Shown here: one piece after another, positions 26,821 to 32,000 of the stretch
Layout: every line of letters begins with the position of its first letter
Numbering within the stretch: position 1 is the first letter of the stretch
Source: Paramicrosporidium saccamoebae KSL3
Lineage: Eukaryota; Fungi; Cryptomycota
Length of the DNA: 32,000 bases
Assembly: GCA_002794465.1 (NCBI GenBank)
Contig: MTSL01000150.1
Coordinates: 11,086 to 43,085 of the forward strand
Direction of reading: 5' to 3'
Program-made: the position numbers and the translations under genes
Notes under the pieces: generated by a model
Database searches by the model: none
What the model saw: the letters and a program-made list of their open reading frames with translations, nothing else
Told to the model about the DNA's origin: nothing

Positions 26821-27456
26821 TTATGCGCTGCTGCTCGGGGGCGAAATGGTCATGGTCATAGTACCAGTGGGCACGGGGCAGTTGGACAAAACGGGGTTGC
26901 AAATAACCACAGTGTTGCATCTGATGGCCTTAGGCACTTGAGTTGTAATAGTGGTGCAGGGTGGGCACGAGGCAGATGTGGGCGCAACAGCAGAGGTAGG
27001 CGCAACGGAAGCAGATGTGGGTGCGACGGAAGCAGACGAAGGTGCCACAGAAGATGACACAGACGAAGGTGCAACAGACACGGCGGCCACAACAACGGGG
27101 GCAACACCACAGGTAGGGATGGAGGCAGTGGTGCAGCAGTTGTAGACAGAGGTGGCACAGGGCAACACCCAGTAGCAGGTATCCTTCTGTTCAATCTTGT
27201 TGCATCCGTGGTAGCAGGTCTCAAACTCACGGTAGCAAGGATCAATGCAAGTCTCGTGGGTGGTCGTGCATGGCTTGTGATGCGACCAGTGTGTCTCGCA
27301 CCAGGTGATGGGACATTCGTCACTAGTGGGTCTGCAGGAGTCATCACGATTGCGGCCTCCCCAGCCAATACGTTGTTTCTCACCCAAGTTGGGGTTGGAT
27401 CCACGTTCCGCAAATGCAGAGGCAGCAAGAACAGCAATGAGAGTCTTTATGATCAT
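26821..27456 (-). CDS. Small secreted Cys-rich protein with a central Val/Ala/Pro/Ser/Thr repeat (211 aa)
   Basis: 27486 is GTG; the ATG at 27456 gives the signal peptide MIIKTLIAVLAASAFA. Cys-rich N- and C-terminal parts flank VAP(S/T)SAS repeats at about 26970..27075. Confidence 0.85.
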   Translation of the reverse strand: MIIKTLIAVLAASAFAERGSNPNLGEKQRIGWGGRNRDDSCRPTSDECPITWCETHWSHHKPCTTTHETCIDPCYREFETCYHGCNKIEQKDTCYWVLPCATSVYNCCTTASIPTCGVAPVVVAAVSVAPSSVSSSVAPSSASVAPTSASVAPTSAVAPTSASCPPCTTITTQVPKAIRCNTVVICNPVLSNCPVPTGTMTMTISPPSSSA

Positions 27457-27529
27457 CTTGAGAGTCGATCGGGTATAAGTCGACACAAGGGCATCTCGAT
27501 CTTTATAGATTCCAAGTCAGGAGGACCCC

Positions 27530-27669
27530 CAAGGGGAGCGTATCGCATGGTGCTATTTTTGGATGCAAGGGGACTAATCGCGTGCACAAGGGGCGAGGGG
27601 AACGGAGCCGGGCTGATCACATTCTAATTATAGCGACCAATCATGTCTCGAGTCATGAAAGTTTCCCCT
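27530..27669. promoter_or_regulatory. Cluster of five AGGGG/CCCCT motifs (three are CAAGGGG) upstream of the Cys-rich gene
   Basis: AGGGG at 27532, 27568, 27589 and 27596; CCCCT at 27665. Confidence 0.5.
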
Positions 27670-27714
27670 TTGTGATGTAGACCTTGCGGCAGGCACGATT
27701 TAAACAGCATATAT

Positions 27715-27794
27715 ATGATGCTATGAAAAGATGATAGTATGATAATATGATAACATGATAATGTGAAAATGTGAAAATGTGAAACTGTGAAAAT
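27715..27794. repeat. 8-bp-period compound repeat x10, shifting from ATGATAAT to GTGAAAAT
   Basis: atgatgct atgaaaag atgatagt atgataat atgataac atgataat gtgaaaat gtgaaaat gtgaaact gtgaaaat. Confidence 0.85.
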
Positions 27795-27951
27795 ATTTGT
27801 TGGTCATTTATAGAAAGGGATGTTTTTTTAATAAAGTAGCTTCTTGTGAGATTGTTGCGAGGTGGGAAATAAAGGCTCCTGATCTATAGGTTTGCCATCT
27901 CACTCGACTCTCCTGTCTTTATATAATGTCTGCGCCCATTGCTTGTGTAAT

Positions 27952-28006
27952 ACAACCATTAAACAACCGCTGAACAACCACTGAACAACTACTGAACAAC
28001 CATCGA
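27952..28006. repeat. 11-bp tandem repeat x5 upstream of XRN1
   Basis: acaaccattaa acaaccgctga acaaccactga acaactactga acaaccatcga. Confidence 0.88.
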
Positions 28007-28106
28007 ATAGCCACAGTCCATAACAATTAAAGGGCCGGGGCACCTAACTTTATAGAATTAATCGTAACAACCGATTTGCTGACTTGCCCCACTTTGGTCA
28101 GTTTTG

Positions 28107-31100
28107 ATGGGAATTCCAAAGTTTTTTCGTTGGCTGAGTGAGCGCTACCCGTTATGTAGCCAAGTAATATCGGAACATAGTGTTCCTGAATTCGACAACT
28201 TTTACCTCGACATGAATGGGATCATCCATGTCTGCTCCCGTGCTATCGCCTCCAGTGGGGCACCCTACACTGAGGCAGAAATGTTTCTGTCCATCTTTGC
28301 CTATGTGCAGGCGTTGGTGGAAAAGGTGAGGCCGAAGAAGGTATTGTTTTTGGCCGTAGACGGTAAATGGGTTGCAGTGTGCTTATCCTCACAGGCGTGG
28401 CACCTCGAGCCAAAGTCAACCAGCAACGCGCTAGGCGCTTTAGAACGGCTCATGAGGCGCAGGTTGAAGCTGAAAAGGCTCTTAAGAAGCAGCAAAAGAG
28501 CAATGCCGCACAAGTCCCCCAAACCAATCAGGAACGCTTTGATAGCAATTGCATAACTCCTGGTAAATCTCCATTCCCTCGGACCAATCATACCTTGTAG
28601 GTACCGAGTTCATGCAGCGAATGAGCACCCATCTACGTTATCTGATTGCTCAGCGCGTCTCGGAAGATGTCACTTGGAGGAATCTCCAGGTCATCTTTTC
28701 GGGACCCGAGGTCCCCGGAGAGGGAGAACACAAGGTGATGGAATACATTCGTCTAAACAAGGCCAAAGCCGATTACGATCCCAATGTACGCCACTGTCTT
28801 TACGGATTGGATGCCGATCTGATTCTGCTCGGCCTCCTCTCGCATGACCCTCATTTTGCTCTTCTTCGTGAAGAGGTGACTTTTGGTCGTGGCAATCAGG
28901 TCAAGAAAAGTGCGGCAGACACAAAGTTTTTCTTGCTTCATCTTTGTCTAATGCGCGAATACATGGATTTGGAATTTGCGATGATAACTGGACACACACA
29001 CTCTCTGGAACGGCTGATTGATGATTTTATACTGATGATGTGTCTTGTTGGAAATGACTTTTTGCCCAATCTGCCCGGATTCCATTTGGGAGAGGGTGTC
29101 TTAGAGACCATTTTCAATTCATACAAAAAGGTCCTTCCCCTGTTCAACGGTGGCCATCTTAACAACAATGGTCAAATTTCGTTTAGAAATTTGGCATTCC
29201 TAATGCATGAGCTTGTTGATCATGAAAAGTCACAGCTGATACTTTCGGAGCCGTCGCTGGTCCGGGAAGCCGTTCAAGAGAAAATTGACAACAAGGCAGA
29301 GTTGTTGAGGTCATTGATAGAGCACTTTTGCAAGAAACCGCATGTTAGCGAGTGGGCGCCTGCAAGACCAATCACTGGCGGCGAACGGAAGCTGCTCACT
29401 GATGTCGCCCAAAAGTTGGAGCTGTTCTTTAAAATTACAGACTCGAATATTGTAATGTCCCGGTCGCGGGATATTAGTCCTGTCGAGCTCCGTGAGCTTG
29501 AGGAGGAGCTGAGCGTGTTGGAAGAGCCATCTGAGAACCGATTCGATCGTGCTCGCCACAGTTGGAAGCGTAGTTATTACTTGCAAAAGCTTCACTTTGA
29601 TATGGACGAGGACAAGGAATCTCTTCAAGAATTGTTGAGGAACTATGCTGAAGGCTTGCAATGGAACATGTTATACTACTACGAGGGGGTGGCCAGTTGG
29701 TCGTGGTTCTACCCTTATCACTACGCGCCCCACATTAGCGATCTCGCTGATTTTATGACTGGATTCACCTGTGGGCCGTTTGATCTGGGAACGCCATTGC
29801 TTCCTTTGGAGCAATTGATGGCGGTACTACCACCCGCAAGCAGGGCCTTGGTGCCATCAACTCTTGCCACTTTGATGACTGATCCAAACAGTCCGCTCAT
29901 TGATTTCTATCCCTCAGAATTCACCACCGATGCAAACGGCAAAAAGGCTTCCTGGGAGGCAATTGTAATGATTCCTTTCATTGACGAGACTTTGCTCCTT
30001 CCTGCTCTCCAATCACGCTACGCAAAACTGAGTGCCGAGGAAACTGCAAGGAACAAGTTTGGAAATACGATTGGGTTTGAATACCGTCGGCCCGGAAGAT
30101 TCGTGGCCTCTCCGTCCACCGAGTTTTCTCCAATTTTAGACTGCTCTGCACATGAAGTGATCTATGAGCTCCCCATTTTGCAACCTAATGAACGTTTTAT
30201 CGCAGCTCTCTGCAGCGGTGCAAGAATTGGTCTCCATGCCATGCCCGGATTCCCGACGCTGGCTACACTACCCGCCAAAGGCGTTTTGGATTCAGGCATT
30301 GGTTTGGACGTGTTTGGTCAAATTTCAAAAGGACTTTCTATGGTCTTGACGGTGGCGGAAGGCGGGGTTTTTGGTTCTGAACAAGTCGCCAATATCTCAG
30401 AGCGTATCCTAGGACGGCGTGTCTATATGAATTGGCCCCACTTGAGGGAGGGAAGAGTTGCTTACGTCAGCGATGGGTGTCGAAGATACGCACATGATTC
30501 CAAGGGTGAATTGCAAATTTCCACATTGGAATCGGGAGAATTGGACAATTTTTCGAAAATGTGTACGGCCTTGGAGAAGGAGTACAGGAAAAGGTGTGCC
30601 ATCCTGGTTGGTCCCGTGGAAATCCTTGTCTGGGTTTGTCCATTTGTTGGGATGAAAATGTCGCCTGATGGGTCCACGAGGAAGCAATATGATGAGGTTC
30701 CGCTTCCATGCGCCTTGCAAACAATAGTCGAGAAGAGAGTCGACAGTGAAGGGATGGAAGTTGAAGACGAACGATTCGAAGAAAGCTCTGCAGCCGATAC
30801 CGACATTTCTGCCCTGTTTCCATTAGATTCTACAGTTATCTATCTCGGACAAGAGGCGTATGGAACCGCAGCGGTGGTTTTGGGTAATGAAGAGAGTCCA
30901 CGTCAGGACAGAGCGATTGAGATCCGCTTTGCGGTCAAGAATGGCCTGGAATCCAGCTTTACTGTCCGTCTTGCAAACAATTTATTGGCACAGAGCGAAG
31001 CGTCGTTTGTTTCGTCTGCCGAAATTTGTCGCTCAGTAGGAATTAGTTCCTATCTTTTATCAAAGATAACTTCCACGCTTACCCTCTTTCTAGATGGGAA

Positions 31101-32000
31101 CCTTGTCCGCGCCGCCAATCTTGGTTTGGATTTAAAATCCCAAAGTAAGGGGATCTGCGCTGTCGGGCTTGCGCGCAAGCGCCAAGACTGGAAATTTGCA
31201 AGAACCGTGATGGATCTTCTCAAAGATCTAAAAAGGACATTTCCTGATGTTTTTGCACGACTAGAAGTGGAGAAGAATAGCGCAAATGTTGACGCTCAAA
31301 AAATCTTCCCGTCCGTGAGTAGTCGCGAGGAACTATTGGCTGAAGTTGACAGATTCCGGGAACTGATCAAACAAAAGTTGGGAAAGCCCATTCATGTTCC
31401 CATCAACGGCCAGTACCTAGACGCTCGAGATATTGCTGAAATACAGTCTGCCGTGCAACAAGACATTTCAGAGACTCGGAATCCTTCTGTAAAGACTGCC
31501 AAAGTTTCCATAGAGACTATTTTGTCGCCTGCGACTGTTGCTCGTTTGCGCACGCATCGGCAGAATTTCAATATTGGTGAACGGGTCGTGTGTGTCTCTT
31601 CGGCATATTTTGGCCAAAAGGGGACCATTGTAGGCTACGATGTGGATCAAATGAATGTCCTGATGGACAATGCCGTACTTGGGGGAGCCGATCTGGATGG
31701 TTTAGTGGAGAATGGAAGAGGCCTAGTTCTTCCCCCATCAGAGTGCTTAAACACCAGCAGACCCCAACCACCTCCAGGAGTTACTTTCAAGAAAGCTGAA
31801 GCGTCTCCAATTCAAAGCCAGCGTCCGATCATCAATCTGCCGAAAGTAGCTGCAAGACCCGGCCCATTGGCTACACGTCCAGACGTCCCCCGTCTGCAAT
31901 CGAGACCCATCAAATTGGAGGAGCTCTTTAGCGCTGCAACAATTTCGGAAAAATCCAACCAGCAGTTTGGAGCAGGACGTGCCCTTGCCCCCAGATTTGT
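28107..32000 (+). CDS. XRN1: 5'-3' exoribonuclease XRN1, join(28107..28362, 28395..28562, 28601..>32000), 3'-truncated
   Basis: MGIPKFFRWLSERYP, YLDMNGII, AVDG|VAPRAKVNQQRARRF, FDSNCITPG|TEFM, GEGEHK, GLDADL, GNDFLP, WFYPYHYAP. Exon 3 reads open to the window end, including an SH3-like FNIGERVV segment, and its length fits XRN1 rather than XRN2/Rat1. It is absent from the ORF track because no stop lies in the window. Confidence 0.96.
28363..28394 (+). other. Spliceosomal intron, 32 nt (XRN1 intron 1)
   Basis: GTAAAT...CTCACAG; removal restores DGVAPRAK. Confidence 0.95.
28563..28600 (+). other. Spliceosomal intron, 38 nt (XRN1 intron 2)
   Basis: GTAAAT...CTTGTAG; removal restores ITPGTEFM. 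Confidence 0.95.

Noticed and set aside
26856-27437. 193-aa alternative-frame ORF overlapping the Cys-rich gene
   Set aside because: It starts at a non-ATG codon and its Leu/Pro repeats are the frameshifted reading of the VAPTSAS repeats; the other frame has the ATG and signal peptide.
2780-28110. CCC/GGG triplets shortly upstream of most start codons, like the microsporidian start-proximal motif
   Set aside because: At roughly 50% GC such a triplet is expected by chance in most 30-40 nt windows, so it cannot be supported from about 15 genes.
28104-28600. XRN1 and the nucleoporin (4858..5923) look frameshifted or split, like pseudogenes, in the ORF track
   Set aside because: Short GT-AG introns restore the reading frames and, for XRN1, the conserved motifs exactly.

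Overview
Gene-dense eukaryotic DNA, not prokaryotic, from a compact fungus-related genome. Four very short GT-AG introns (30-38 nt), short intergenic regions, AATAAA close to several stop codons and a PH-CRIB-kinase (Cla4-type) PAK suggest an early-diverging Rozellomycota/microsporidia-like parasite such as Paramicrosporidium. This taxon call is inference, not verified. There are about 19 protein-coding genes. Six are recognisable housekeeping genes: a Nup58/Nup49-like nucleoporin, RFC3 (human RFC5), a minimal RMI1-like OB-fold, SF3A2/Prp11, Cla4-type PAK, and XRN1, which runs off the right edge. They are interleaved with about 10-11 intronless genes that have signal-peptide-like N-termini, including three tandem paralog pairs. 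The most interesting items are: (i) a tandem pair of apparently secreted proteins ending in a degenerate PTC7/PP2C-like domain (candidate pseudophosphatase effectors); (ii) two pairs of ~500-aa secreted proteins that may share an N-terminal module, F-box-like in one copy; (iii) a 43-nt non-coding element present twice, 17 kb apart, differing only by transitions; (iv) a Cys/Pro/Thr-rich secreted protein with PTP1-like architecture behind a CAAGGGG cluster; (v) a GPI-type surface protein with LTxxQ repeats. No tRNA, rRNA, CRISPR array or transposase was recognised. All domain calls were made by eye, with no database search.
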